NCBI GenBank assembly: GCA_025450105.1
Contig: JANWIA010000025.1
Span: 1-56,979 of the forward strand
Length of the DNA stretch: 56,979 bases
Source: Candidatus Doudnabacteria bacterium
GTDB taxonomy: Bacteria; Patescibacteriota; Doudnabacteria; UBA920; O2-02-FULL-48-8
Reading direction: 5' to 3'
This document shows positions 23,409 to 33,389 of this stretch, in pieces. The notes under the pieces were generated by a model, which had not been told where the DNA came from, ran no database searches, and was given only the letters and a program-made list of their open reading frames with translations. Position numbers and translations under genes: made by a program. Numbering within the stretch: the stretch's first letter is position 1; every line of letters starts with the position of its first letter.

Positions 23409-25038
23409 GTTTTTAAATCAAGCCAAATTTCTTATTTTAATTACTGCCGCAGTAATACTACTGCTGCCAACGGCAGATGTTTCGGCCGCACGTCCAGCAG
23501 ATCTGGATTGCGATCCGTTGCCGGTTGATGATATCGATTTGCTTAATCAATGCGTTTTTTGGAGTGTTGTTGAGCCAGAAGTCTCAACAGATACCGAAAC
23601 AGGTTCACCGCAGCAACCAATCAGCGGGACGGGAATTTTGGGAACGTATGGTGTTGGCGGGGCATATAACAGCCAAGATAATATCTACTTAGTTGTCGGT
23701 TCCGACTTGCAAGGTTCGGTCAGCCGACTCTTTGGTGTAATTATAGACGGCAATACCAATCAAATTCTTGTTCCGAAGTTCCGGATTGATCAAAGCACCA
23801 TTTCCGCCAACTATGCGGAAGCAGTTTACAATCCGCAAACCAACCAGTGGTTGGTTGTTTGGGAAGACCAACGTGTTTCCAATAATTTGCAGGATGTTTA
23901 TGGAAGGATAATCAATGCTGACGGCAGCTTTGCTGGTCCTGATTTTAAAATTGCCAACAACGTTTTTTTGGATGATTTGGATTACGATGCGACCCGTAAC
24001 CAATATTTAGTCCTGACCGATAACAGCAACGTCCATTTAACCGTACTCGATACCAGTGGCAATATTGTGAAGGAAGATGATCTTGGGCCACAAACCGGAG
24101 AATATACGGGCGAAGCCAGTTTGGCCATCAATACTAATTTGGATCAATACTGGGTTTCATATTTGGACCAGAAACCTCTGGCCCAGCCGTGTTCCCGTTG
24201 CGAGGACAACCAAATAATGTTGGTCAAAATCAATCCTACGACATTGCAGGAAACCGAACCACCAACTCTAATCAATACTCCAAAGCCCGGGCAATTAATT
24301 GGCCAGACTACAATCGCCTACGACCCGATTACAGGCGGGGCATTGATTGGCTGGGTTGACTATTCAGTCTCTGGAGTTATGGGGAAATTGGTTTACGATT
24401 CCGGAACAACTGGCTCCGAAAAGCAGCTTTTGACACCACAGACCCAACCATCGTCGGATTTGTTTGATAACGCGACGTTAAGCTACAACGCAGCAACGGG
24501 ATTGTTTTACTTGAGCGCCAACGATAATAGCGGTGGAGTCATGTTGTTGGAAATTTCCGCTGATGCCGTTATAAATACTTATCAGCCGATTGGTTCAACA
24601 AACGGTTCGGCAACATATTGGGGTGACCATATTGATACCAACACCGGGAGCATTGTCATTGGGTCAGCTGGCCAACAAACGGTTGTCATTGGGACTTCGG
24701 TCAATCCGCCGTTCACTCCACCAGGTACCGCAACAAATTTTCCTCCGGTTACGCCGGGGGTGGGAATCAGCCCTACCAAACTGGGCGAAATGATCAGTCA
24801 AATTTATATTTACGCTTTGGGAGTGGCCGGGGCCCTTGCCCTACTTATGATGATTATCGGCGGTTATCTGGTTATGTTCTCAGCAGGTAATGCCGCAACC
24901 GCAACCCGCGGTAAAGAATTTGTCTACTCGGCAATAATCGGAATTGTGATTTTATTAGCCTCATATCTGATCCTTTCAACCATAAATCCGGATCTAACCA
25001 ACTTCCAACTGAATTCACTGCAGCAGTTAGATAAATAA
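23395..25038 (+). CDS. large secreted protein with a C-terminal T4SS-pilin-like (TrbC/VirB2-type) two-helix domain
   Basis: Signal peptide and a beta-rich ectodomain of about 450 aa. C-terminus ALGVAGALALLMMIIGGYLVMFSAGN...KEFVYSAIIGIVILLASYLILSTINPDL. Confidence 0.7.
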   Translation: MITSKFLNQAKFLILITAAVILLLPTADVSAARPADLDCDPLPVDDIDLLNQCVFWSVVEPEVSTDTETGSPQQPISGTGILGTYGVGGAYNSQDNIYLVVGSDLQGSVSRLFGVIIDGNTNQILVPKFRIDQSTISANYAEAVYNPQTNQWLVVWEDQRVSNNLQDVYGRIINADGSFAGPDFKIANNVFLDDLDYDATRNQYLVLTDNSNVHLTVLDTSGNIVKEDDLGPQTGEYTGEASLAINTNLDQYWVSYLDQKPLAQPCSRCEDNQIMLVKINPTTLQETEPPTLINTPKPGQLIGQTTIAYDPITGGALIGWVDYSVSGVMGKLVYDSGTTGSEKQLLTPQTQPSSDLFDNATLSYNAATGLFYLSANDNSGGVMLLEISADAVINTYQPIGSTNGSATYWGDHIDTNTGSIVIGSAGQQTVVIGTSVNPPFTPPGTATNFPPVTPGVGISPTKLGEMISQIYIYALGVAGALALLMMIIGGYLVMFSAGNAATATRGKEFVYSAIIGIVILLASYLILSTINPDLTNFQLNSLQQLDK

Positions 25039-25099
25039 CCTTATTCTAAAAAATCAAAACAAAAAACCCCGCCTCGCAAGAGACGGGGTTTTAAATTTT

Positions 25100-27076
25100 T
25101 TAGATAGTGATTTCCAGGAGGGCGTTGCCGTTGATAACTTTGATTTGGCGGGAATTTTCATCAACATAGAAATCGCGGAGTTCGTTGGCGTTCGGTAAGA
25201 AAATTTGGTTTAACAAATTTCCACTTTTGTCGTAAATAATGATTCTCTTTTTTCCTGGTTCTAAAACGTAGATACTGTTGCCAACAAAAAGTTTTGTGGC
25301 GCCGGTTAGGGGATCGGTCAATTTATCGAGGCTGTAGGATTGTTCGTTGCCGGTAACGAATTTTCTGATTCCCGATGGGAACAACAAATAAACATCAACG
25401 TCGATACCAAAATCCTGCAAAGTACTTAAATCTGCTGCCGTTTTTAAAATTGATTGCGGTACTCCGACATTGCCGTTGGCCAGAAGCATTAACCGATAAA
25501 TTTGGTTGGCTTGCTTGTCCGCGGTGTAAGCTCGGTTTGGCGCCAGGTATTTTACCCCCAATAAATTTCCTTGCGGATAATCGGCGAGCTTCTGGAATTG
25601 TTCTTCGGTTTCATTGATACGATAAAGATGTTTTGGCGTTGCGACCCAATTGCCGTTATTCGGAATATGATTGAGGCCCGTAATTTCGCCATCCGTAGCG
25701 TTCAAAGTGAAAATTGGTTTAAAAACGTCGGAAAAGGTCGCAATCGTTTTTGAGTCCTTGCCGGCCAACAAAAAATTATTTCCGGCTTTGGCGATAAATT
25801 CCGGGTTAAGTTTTAATTCACCAACAACAGTTGGATTTTCAATTCGCGTAATCCGGTTGATTCGGTCGGAGGTTTGGTTATAGTTTTTTAAGAGCTCGGT
25901 ATATATGGCTTCGTCCAAATCATGTAGCTTGTCCAAATTTTCTTTGGCCAACCTGATTTTGTCCACTGCCTCCTGGTCGTCTTTGTAAATGAGGGCGGAA
26001 CTGGCCTCGGCCAAATTACTGTTGATGGCTTCAACGATTGCGGCGACTTCTTCTGTTTGGCGGTTTGAGAATGAATTAATTCCCCAGACTGTGAGGTTAA
26101 CGGCAAAGACAAGGATAAAAACAATAAAACTGATCAGGAAAAATTTACCGGCAATCGTCAGTTTGTTAAAAAAGTGCCAGGTCGGTAAACGGAATTTTGG
26201 GAATTTGATTTTTAAATTTTTAAGGAAATTGAGGTTAATGTAACTGCTAAGCCTTGGCCGCGCTGCTGAAACTTCTTTCCGTTCTTGTTCTAAGGATTCT
26301 GGGAGCGGGGCATAGGTGTCTTCCAAAATCAACGGCATTGGTTCCGGTTGCTTTGCCTGGGACTCGACTCGGGCGGGAATCGACTGGTCGTATTCAAGCG
26401 TTTCCTGTTTTTGCTTGGCACTTTGGAATTCCAAAAAGAACGCAGCAAAGGCATCGTCATTGCCGGAAGAATCCTGGAGGATTTTCGAGACTTGGTCACA
26501 GCATTCGGCTAGGGTTGAATTGCTCAATAATTTTGTTAGCAATTCCAGGGAAACAAAGTTAAAAAGGTTGTTAGTTGTTAATATGACATTATCGCCATCC
26601 TTGATTTTGCCTGCGGCGAAGTTTAGAAAAGTTTTAATCGGATGATCGCCTTTTTTTTCTGCAGCCAGGATTTCGGAAAAATCACGCTTACGTTTAATCC
26701 AAGCTGATGCTGCCCCGGTGTTTGCCAGCAAAATTTCCTGGTCGGACTTTAACCCAATAATGGCCGAAAATTTTCCAAGCCAGGTTTTTGTACCTTTATG
26801 GGCAATATCCGCCAAATCCTGGTTGATTTGGGCTAAGGTCGTTTCGAATAATACTGGTGCTGGCATTTTTTGGTTTTTTCGAAATGCTTTAAGTACAACT
26901 TCTGAAATCTTTTTTAATTCGCTAGCTTCGGTTTTCTTTTTGATATCAGTTAGTTCCAATAAGACAAAAAGCTGCAGTTTGCTTTGCAGCGTTTCTTCAT
27001 ATAAGACCAAAGAGGATTTTTTGGAATCAGGATGAACGAGATAAACCTGGTTGATTTGTGTTTCGTATTTGCTCAT
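25100..27076 (-). CDS. bitopic membrane protein; N-terminal cytoplasmic domain weakly PP2C/SpoIIE-like, C-terminal beta-rich ectodomain
   Basis: 658-aa ORF with a TM segment (FFLISFIVFILVFAVNLTVWGI) in the middle. The domain call is weak. Confidence 0.6.
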   Translation of the reverse strand: MSKYETQINQVYLVHPDSKKSSLVLYEETLQSKLQLFVLLELTDIKKKTEASELKKISEVVLKAFRKNQKMPAPVLFETTLAQINQDLADIAHKGTKTWLGKFSAIIGLKSDQEILLANTGAASAWIKRKRDFSEILAAEKKGDHPIKTFLNFAAGKIKDGDNVILTTNNLFNFVSLELLTKLLSNSTLAECCDQVSKILQDSSGNDDAFAAFFLEFQSAKQKQETLEYDQSIPARVESQAKQPEPMPLILEDTYAPLPESLEQERKEVSAARPRLSSYINLNFLKNLKIKFPKFRLPTWHFFNKLTIAGKFFLISFIVFILVFAVNLTVWGINSFSNRQTEEVAAIVEAINSNLAEASSALIYKDDQEAVDKIRLAKENLDKLHDLDEAIYTELLKNYNQTSDRINRITRIENPTVVGELKLNPEFIAKAGNNFLLAGKDSKTIATFSDVFKPIFTLNATDGEITGLNHIPNNGNWVATPKHLYRINETEEQFQKLADYPQGNLLGVKYLAPNRAYTADKQANQIYRLMLLANGNVGVPQSILKTAADLSTLQDFGIDVDVYLLFPSGIRKFVTGNEQSYSLDKLTDPLTGATKLFVGNSIYVLEPGKKRIIIYDKSGNLLNQIFLPNANELRDFYVDENSRQIKVINGNALLEITI

Positions 27077-27179
27077 GTTTTCGTTGGGTTTATTATACGA
27101 TTTTTGAATCCATTAGTAAACTCCATGGGCCCACCGGCCATATTTGTAGACGCAGAATCGTTTATGGTATAATCGCCTC

Positions 27180-27770
27180 ATGCTTGCAAACCTACTTTCC
27201 TCGAAACCCAAGACTCGATTAGTTAATTTATTTTTAGCCCATCCGGGGCGAAGTTTTTCATTTACCGAATTACGGGTCACAACCGGAATTTCTCAAAAGT
27301 TTCTGTTGGCGACGATAAAGGAACTTTCCAAAATGGGATTCGTAATTGTCCATGCCAAGGAGCGAAACCGTTATTACCAAATCGATAAACATTTTACTTT
27401 GTATCCGGAATTGGTGAGCATGCTCCGCAAAATTAAAAAGATTCCGACCGATCTTTTGGCCCGCGAGGCAGGCAAGGTTGGGGAGTGCAAGTACGTGGCC
27501 CTGACCGGAGTTTTTGCCGGACACCCCCGCACCGAAACCGATGTCCTACTAGTCGGTAAAGTCAGTCCAGCCAGGTTAGCAAAATTTTTGAAGTTGGCTG
27601 AAAAATTCGCAGAACGTCAAGTCAGTTACTCGATTTTTACTACCCAGGAATTTGAATATCGAAAAATCATGAATGATCGCTTCGTAAAAAATATTGTCGA
27701 GAACGACCCGGTGGTCGTTGTTGACCGGATCCGACACAAAACAATGGTCAAAATGGTTTACAAAAGATAA
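27180..27770 (+). CDS. winged-helix transcriptional regulator-like protein
   Basis: N-terminal LVNLFLAHPGRSFSFTELRVTTGISQKFLLATIKELSKMGFV wHTH pattern. Confidence 0.55.
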   Translation: MLANLLSSKPKTRLVNLFLAHPGRSFSFTELRVTTGISQKFLLATIKELSKMGFVIVHAKERNRYYQIDKHFTLYPELVSMLRKIKKIPTDLLAREAGKVGECKYVALTGVFAGHPRTETDVLLVGKVSPARLAKFLKLAEKFAERQVSYSIFTTQEFEYRKIMNDRFVKNIVENDPVVVVDRIRHKTMVKMVYKR

Positions 27771-28006
27771 TGAACCAGGTTTACGAAATTTATCACCACT
27801 TCATAAATATTTTCCCGCACGGGACGCAGTGGGCGGTTTCGCTTGCCCTGGCGGCTCTTTTGGTTTACGCAATTTATAAAACCCTCAAAAAGAATTTTAT
27901 TTTTATAATTCTGTTGATAATTTTATTGCCAGCCTCGGTACCAATCCTTAGGGATGTCTGGGAAAATGTCATTACTCTGGTTAAATTCCTGTTGACTAAA
28001 CGCTAG
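27770..28006 (+). CDS. small membrane protein
   Basis: 78 aa with two hydrophobic helices. TAATG coupling to the upstream gene. Confidence 0.45.
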   Translation: MNQVYEIYHHFINIFPHGTQWAVSLALAALLVYAIYKTLKKNFIFIILLIILLPASVPILRDVWENVITLVKFLLTKR

Positions 28007-28094
28007 CAATTATTTATAATTTTTTTAGTTTTTCGGGCGTGGACGTAATTTGTTTAGAAAATTAAGTCTCGACAGAGACATATCGAGGAAAAAA

Positions 28095-28181
28095 ATGGAC
28101 GAAGAAATGGAAGAGGGAACAGACGAAAAGGCACCGGTTGATGGTGCTGAAGGTGACGATTCAACAGCAGATGTAGAATAG
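28095..28181 (+). CDS. 28-aa acidic micro-ORF (speculative)
   Basis: GAGGAAAAAA before the ATG. Translation MDEEMEEGTDEKAPVDGAEGDDSTADVE. A terminator lies 22 nt downstream. Confidence 0.2.
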   Translation: MDEEMEEGTDEKAPVDGAEGDDSTADVE

Positions 28182-28202
28182 TCGCATCCTCTCAAGATAA
28201 AG

Positions 28203-28224
28203 ACCGCGCTTTGGCGCGGTTTTT
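28203..28224 (+). terminator. rho-independent terminator
   Basis: accgcgc/gcgcggt stem followed by tttt. Confidence 0.65.
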
Positions 28225-28319
28225 ATGTTTCACGAGCCATGTGGATAGGTTTGGTAGCAATTACATAAATGCAGTAAAATAAGCGGTTTTAAGCCATTAT
28301 TCTTGGTGAAACTACCACT

Positions 28320-28391
28320 TTGACTCGTGGTTTTATGTGGCCTATAATTCAATAGAAATGGTGAGTTGTGGATAAAAGTGGGGAAAAGTGG
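28320..28391 (+). promoter_or_regulatory. mraZ promoter (TTGACT-17-TATAAT) with five GTGG boxes at 10-nt spacing (MraZ-operator-like)
   Basis: GTGG at 28327, 28337, 28368, 28378 and 28388. Hexamers at 28320-28325 and 28343-28348. Confidence 0.55.
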
Positions 28392-28446
28392 ACAACAGCC
28401 ACCAGTTAATAATTTAACCTTGAGTTTAAGGATTTGACATAACAGC

Positions 28447-28878
28447 ATGTTTATCGGCGAGTACACGATTTCAATGGATGAGAAAGGCAGAGTTGCTGTC
28501 CCGGTTAAATTCAGACAGTTCTTGGGAAATAAGGCTGTATTGACTCGAGGCTTGGATAAAAGTTTGTTCCTTTATCCAAAAGCAGAATGGGATAAGATCG
28601 CTACCAAGCTGGCTGCCCTTCCTTTGGCCCAGGCTAACTCACGCGCGTTTGCGCGTTTGATGTTGGCCGGCGCTTCGGAATTCGAGATCGACAAGCAAGG
28701 CCGAGGCATGGTCCCGGATTATTTGCGGAAGTTTGGTAATATCAGCAAAAAGGTTGTCATGGCTGGTTTATATAACCGCATTGAAGTTTGGGATGAACAG
28801 ACCTGGAATAAATACAAAATGGATACCGAAAAGGAAAGCACTTCAATTGCTGAAGCATTGGGAGAACTAGGAGTTTAA
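28447..28878 (+). CDS. mraZ: transcriptional regulator MraZ
   Basis: MFIGEY...DEKGRVAVP and a second ...DKQGRGMVP SpoVT/AbrB-like repeat. Upstream of rsmH. Confidence 0.95.
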   Translation: MFIGEYTISMDEKGRVAVPVKFRQFLGNKAVLTRGLDKSLFLYPKAEWDKIATKLAALPLAQANSRAFARLMLAGASEFEIDKQGRGMVPDYLRKFGNISKKVVMAGLYNRIEVWDEQTWNKYKMDTEKESTSIAEALGELGV

Positions 28879-28881
28879 CTC

Positions 28882-28927
28882 GATATTGGATATAGGATAT
28901 AAGTAGTAACTCTGAATATCCAATATC
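28882..28927. repeat. 12-bp perfect inverted repeat between mraZ and rsmH
   Basis: gatattggatat (28882-28893) / atatccaatatc (28916-28927). Confidence 0.8.
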
Positions 28928-28946
28928 TATTATCTAATATCAATTT

Positions 28947-29879
28947 ATGTCGCACATCCCTGTCTTGTTGAAAGAAGTTGTAGCAGGATTAAATTTAAAA
29001 CCAGATTACAAGCTAATCGATTGCACCGCCGGAAGCGGCGGACACATCCAGGAAGTCCTGCGCGTCAATCCGCAAACCAAGGTTTTGGGCATCGATTGGG
29101 ACCAGTCGGCTTTGGCAAAACTTAAGGAAAAGTTTGGCACAAGCGGTCTGGGTGAAAATGTAAGTTTGGTTCATGGCAACTATAAGGACATAAAAACACT
29201 GGCAGAAGAATTTGATTTTGTGCCAGCAGATGGTATTTTAATTGATCTCGGGTATTCCTCGACCCAAATTGACGATCCCGCTCGGGGGTTTTCTTTCCAA
29301 AGCGATGGACCGCTAGATATGCGCTTTGACCAAAAACAAAATGTCGATGCGCAGACGGTCCTCAATAAATATTCGGAAACAAAATTAACACAAACATTAA
29401 AATTATATGGGGAAGAATCCTTTTCTGCCCAAATCGCTCGCGCCATTGTTCGCCAGCGCCAAGTTTCTGCTGTTACTAGCACTGGTCAGCTCCTGGCGTT
29501 AATTACAGAGGCTTTGCCAAAAAGTGTCCGGCACAAAGCCCATGATTCGGCGCGCAGAGTTTTTCAGGCATTACGCATAGAAGTCAACCACGAATTGGAT
29601 AATTTAAAAAAGTTTTTACCTGACGCACTGGAGATTTTAAAGCCTAACGGTAGGCTGGTTGTCATTTCATTCCATTCTCTTGAAGACCGGATAGTAAAAA
29701 GATATTTCCAGGAAGAAGCCAAGAATTGTGTTTGCCCGCCAGAATTTCCGGTTTGCATCTGCGGCAAGTCCACAAACGTCAGGATCATTACCAGAAAACC
29801 AATCACTGCCAGTGAAGAAGAAATAAAAAATAATTCCCGAAGTAAACCGGCAAAATTAAGGGTAGCGGAAAAAATTTAA
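28947..29879 (+). CDS. rsmH: 16S rRNA (cytosine1402-N4)-methyltransferase RsmH
   Basis: HIPVLLKEV...DCTAGSGGH...DLGYSS...SFHSLEDR signature. Confidence 0.95.
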   Translation: MSHIPVLLKEVVAGLNLKPDYKLIDCTAGSGGHIQEVLRVNPQTKVLGIDWDQSALAKLKEKFGTSGLGENVSLVHGNYKDIKTLAEEFDFVPADGILIDLGYSSTQIDDPARGFSFQSDGPLDMRFDQKQNVDAQTVLNKYSETKLTQTLKLYGEESFSAQIARAIVRQRQVSAVTSTGQLLALITEALPKSVRHKAHDSARRVFQALRIEVNHELDNLKKFLPDALEILKPNGRLVVISFHSLEDRIVKRYFQEEAKNCVCPPEFPVCICGKSTNVRIITRKPITASEEEIKNNSRSKPAKLRVAEKI

Positions 29880-29902
29880 AAATTAACATAAAAATAGGCG
29901 GC

Positions 29903-30238
29903 ATGCGTGATTTAACTTTAGCTATAAACCAAGCGGTTCCTCGGAAACGACAATCTAACCCAGCCAACACTTTGCGTTGGAATTTAGCGATTATTTGTAG
30001 TATTTTGGGTCTGGGTCTTGTTTATCTGTTCCAGATTAATGCTTTGGGCACCAGGGGTTACCAAATCAGCAATCTTGAAAAGCAAATCAAGAAATTAGAA
30101 TCCGAACAAAAATTATTGCAGGTCCAGGCTTCTGAGCTTAAATCCATCACCAGGATTCAGCAGGAAGCAGCTAACCGTTCATTCGTTCCGGTCGCAGGCG
30201 TTAATTACATCAAGGATGGCGACTTCGCATTAAAGTAA
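29903..30238 (+). CDS. FtsL-like cell division protein
   Basis: 111 aa with one TM helix followed by a coiled coil. Lies between rsmH and ftsI. Confidence 0.55.
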   Translation: MRDLTLAINQAVPRKRQSNPANTLRWNLAIICSILGLGLVYLFQINALGTRGYQISNLEKQIKKLESEQKLLQVQASELKSITRIQQEAANRSFVPVAGVNYIKDGDFALK

Positions 30239-30245
30239 TTTTTCC

Positions 30246-31994
30246 ATGAACAGTTTCCTGCGTTCAAAACAACAGCCTCCAAAAAATTCTTCCAATGCAA
30301 GAATTTTTTTGTTATTAGCTGCCGTCAGTCTGTTTTTGGTTTTAATCGGTTTCCGGATGTTTTATTTACAGGTCGTCAACCGTGCTTTCTATGATGAACT
30401 GGCTAGCGGTCAGCACGACTTGGAAAAAACCATTTTGCCCAAGCGCGGGGATATCAGTTTAACCTCGGCGGTTAACGGCCAAAATTTATTGGTCGCGACT
30501 AATGTTTCAAAAAACATCGTCTATGTTGTACCAAAGGAAATTGAGGACAAGCAAAATGTTGCCAACAAATTAGCGCTGGCTTTGCAAATGGAGTTCGCCG
30601 ATGTCGTTAACCGAATCAACAACGGCACCGATAATTACGCTGTGATCAAAAAGCAGATTGACGAGGATGTTTCAAAAACAATCACGAATTTGGATTTGCA
30701 AGGGGTCTACTTGGAACCGGAAACTGTAAGATTCTACCCGGAAGATACTTTGGCCAGTCACGTCCTGGGATTTTTAGGGTTTAAGGAAAACGCCCGCGTT
30801 GGCCAGTACGGAATTGAAGGCAGGTTCGAAAAAGGTTTAGCGGGAACAATTGGCACCGAAGGCATTGAAAAAGGTTTGGCCGGAACTTGGATTACTTTTG
30901 CTACCAGAAACCTAACCCCAGCCCGCGATGGCGACGATATTTTATTAACTATCGATCCAGCCATTCAATTTAAAGCGCAGGAGGTGTTAAAGAAAACTAT
31001 TGAGCAGCATCAAGCCACGGCCGGCTCGGTCATTATAGTAAATCCAAAAACCGGGGCCATTATGGCTTTGGCTAATTTCCCCGACTTCAACCCGAATACT
31101 TACAACATTGTCCCGGATATTTCCTATTATTCGAACCGCGTTCTGGCCGAAGATTACGAACCGGGATCGATTTTTAAGCCGTTGGTCATGGCCGCGGCAA
31201 TTAACGAAAACAAGGTTTCTCCGGAAACAACTTACGAAGACACAGGCGAAGTCCAATTGGACGATTTTAAAATTAAAAACTCCGATGGTCAAGCCCACGG
31301 CCAACAAACCATGATTCAGGTATTAAGCGAATCATTGAATACCGGTATGGTTTTTGTGGAACAGCAGTTGGGGCACGAAACTTTTAGGAAATATGTCCAG
31401 AATTTTGGGTTTGGCAAAATCACAAACATTGAATTGCCGGGAGAAGTCCGTGGCAATTTAGATAACCTGCAAAAGAAAGGCGATGTTTTCTTCGGGACCG
31501 CGGCTTTTGGCCAGGGCATTACCGTGACCCCGATGCAAATGATTCAATCATTCACGGCTATTGCCAACGGCGGCAAAATGATGCAACCTTATGTGGTTAA
31601 TAAGGTCATTCATCCTGGTGGTTCGGAAGAGGAAACCAAACCAAATAGGATCGCGCAGGTTATTGATTCTGATACTGCGGCAACTGTTTCAGCTATGATG
31701 GTTGATGTCGTGGAAAACGGCCACGGCAAACGTGCGGCTGTGCCTGGATATTACATTGCGGGGAAAACCGGAACGGCGCAGGTGCCATATCAGGATCGTG
31801 TCGGTTATGATCCATCCAAAAGTATCGGCTCCTTCGTAGGATTCGGTCCCGTGGATAATCCAGCCTTCCTAATGCTCGTCCGTATCGATAACCCAAGCGA
31901 CGTAAAGTTCGCCGAAACCACTGCGGCGCCAGCGTTCGGTGAAATTGCATCCTTCATTTTGAATTATCTGCAGATCCCGCCGGTTCGCAATTAG
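30246..31994 (+). CDS. ftsI: penicillin-binding protein 2 / FtsI-type transpeptidase
   Basis: TM anchor, SxxK (SIFK), SxN (SLN) and KTGT motifs. Confidence 0.9.
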   Translation: MNSFLRSKQQPPKNSSNARIFLLLAAVSLFLVLIGFRMFYLQVVNRAFYDELASGQHDLEKTILPKRGDISLTSAVNGQNLLVATNVSKNIVYVVPKEIEDKQNVANKLALALQMEFADVVNRINNGTDNYAVIKKQIDEDVSKTITNLDLQGVYLEPETVRFYPEDTLASHVLGFLGFKENARVGQYGIEGRFEKGLAGTIGTEGIEKGLAGTWITFATRNLTPARDGDDILLTIDPAIQFKAQEVLKKTIEQHQATAGSVIIVNPKTGAIMALANFPDFNPNTYNIVPDISYYSNRVLAEDYEPGSIFKPLVMAAAINENKVSPETTYEDTGEVQLDDFKIKNSDGQAHGQQTMIQVLSESLNTGMVFVEQQLGHETFRKYVQNFGFGKITNIELPGEVRGNLDNLQKKGDVFFGTAAFGQGITVTPMQMIQSFTAIANGGKMMQPYVVNKVIHPGGSEEETKPNRIAQVIDSDTAATVSAMMVDVVENGHGKRAAVPGYYIAGKTGTAQVPYQDRVGYDPSKSIGSFVGFGPVDNPAFLMLVRIDNPSDVKFAETTAAPAFGEIASFILNYLQIPPVRN

Positions 31995-32027
31995 TTACTA
32001 TTCAATCCCGCACGCGTAAAAAATGCT

Positions 32028-33281
32028 ATGAAAGCTATATCCATTGCCATACTAAATATGCTGGTGAAAATGGTCATCCGCCGCTATAGACCGCAAATTG
32101 TCGGCATTACTGGCAGCGTAGGCAAGACCTCGGCCAAGGAGGCAATTTATTGCGTCCTTAAAAATCATTTTAGGGTCCAAGCCAGTTCTGGCAGCTACAA
32201 TAATGAACTTGGTTTGCCGCTGAGTATTTTGGAATCAAAAGCGCCAGGCAAAAATATTTTTAAGTGGATTGGGATTTTTTTGAAATCGATCATGATTTTG
32301 TTGCGTGGCAAGTATCCAGAAATTTTGGTTTTGGAAATAGGTGCGGATCAGCCAGGTGACATTAAAAAATTACTTGATGTTACCGGACCGCTTAAAGTTG
32401 CCTTGATTACAGATATTGGTGTTAGTCATTTACAGAATTACCGCAATCAAAAAGCCTTGGCTGTGGAAAAATTAAGTTTATTGCAAGGCTTAAAACCGGA
32501 AAGTTTGGCAATTGGAAATTTTGATAACGAAAATGTTAAAGAAGGTTTTGCCAAAATTTCGGAGAAAATAAGTTACGGGTTCAATGAGGCCGATTTCTTG
32601 GCCACGGATTTTCAAATCATAAAAACCGCAACTTCGATTGGCCTCAATTTCAAAGTCCATAATAAGGGTGCGGTTGTGCCGTTCTTTTTGCCAAATTGCT
32701 TGGGTCGGCCAAATGTTTATTCCGCTTTGGCAGCCGCAGCAACTGCTACTGTATTTGGGCTGAACTTGGTTAATGTTTCGGATGCCATGCGATCATTTGA
32801 GGCACCCGCGGGCCGATTAAGGTTCCTGGGTGGGATTAAACAGACTTCGATTATCGATGATACATATAACGCCGCACCGGCTTCTACTCTAGCCGCGATT
32901 GCAGTATTGAAGGAGCTTGCCATGGGCCGAAAAATGGTGGCGATTGGTGACATGGCAGAATTGGGACCAGAAACAGAAGCCGGTCACAACCAGGTGGCGC
33001 AGGCAATCAAAGATGCCGGAGTGGAAGTAGCGTTTTTGGTTGGGAAAAAAGGGAAAATTATTTTTGAGACTTTGGGGCAGAATGGATTTGTGGGACAAAA
33101 ATATTGGTTCGATAGTTCCGACGCTGCAAAAATGAATGTCCAAAATGAATTAGAACCAGGGGATACAATCTTGGTTAAAGGTTCGCAGTCGGCGAGAATG
33201 GAAAAAATTGTCCTGGAAATTATGTCTGATCCAATGAACGCCGAAAAATTGCTGGTCCGGCAGGGACCAAAGTGGAAATAA
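32028..33281 (+). CDS. murF: UDP-N-acetylmuramoyl-tripeptide--D-alanyl-D-alanine ligase
   Basis: ITGSVGKTS P-loop, DTYNA, GDMAELG. dcw-cluster context. Confidence 0.85.
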   Translation: MKAISIAILNMLVKMVIRRYRPQIVGITGSVGKTSAKEAIYCVLKNHFRVQASSGSYNNELGLPLSILESKAPGKNIFKWIGIFLKSIMILLRGKYPEILVLEIGADQPGDIKKLLDVTGPLKVALITDIGVSHLQNYRNQKALAVEKLSLLQGLKPESLAIGNFDNENVKEGFAKISEKISYGFNEADFLATDFQIIKTATSIGLNFKVHNKGAVVPFFLPNCLGRPNVYSALAAAATATVFGLNLVNVSDAMRSFEAPAGRLRFLGGIKQTSIIDDTYNAAPASTLAAIAVLKELAMGRKMVAIGDMAELGPETEAGHNQVAQAIKDAGVEVAFLVGKKGKIIFETLGQNGFVGQKYWFDSSDAAKMNVQNELEPGDTILVKGSQSARMEKIVLEIMSDPMNAEKLLVRQGPKWK

Positions 33282-33389
33282 AAAAACTTTATTAGTCCCA
33301 TTCCGAGGCCGAATCGGCCGAGGAATCTCTTGGACTAGTTTAAGAGATCTCTCGCGAGGCTCTCGCTCGAGATGGTGGTAATAATTTTT

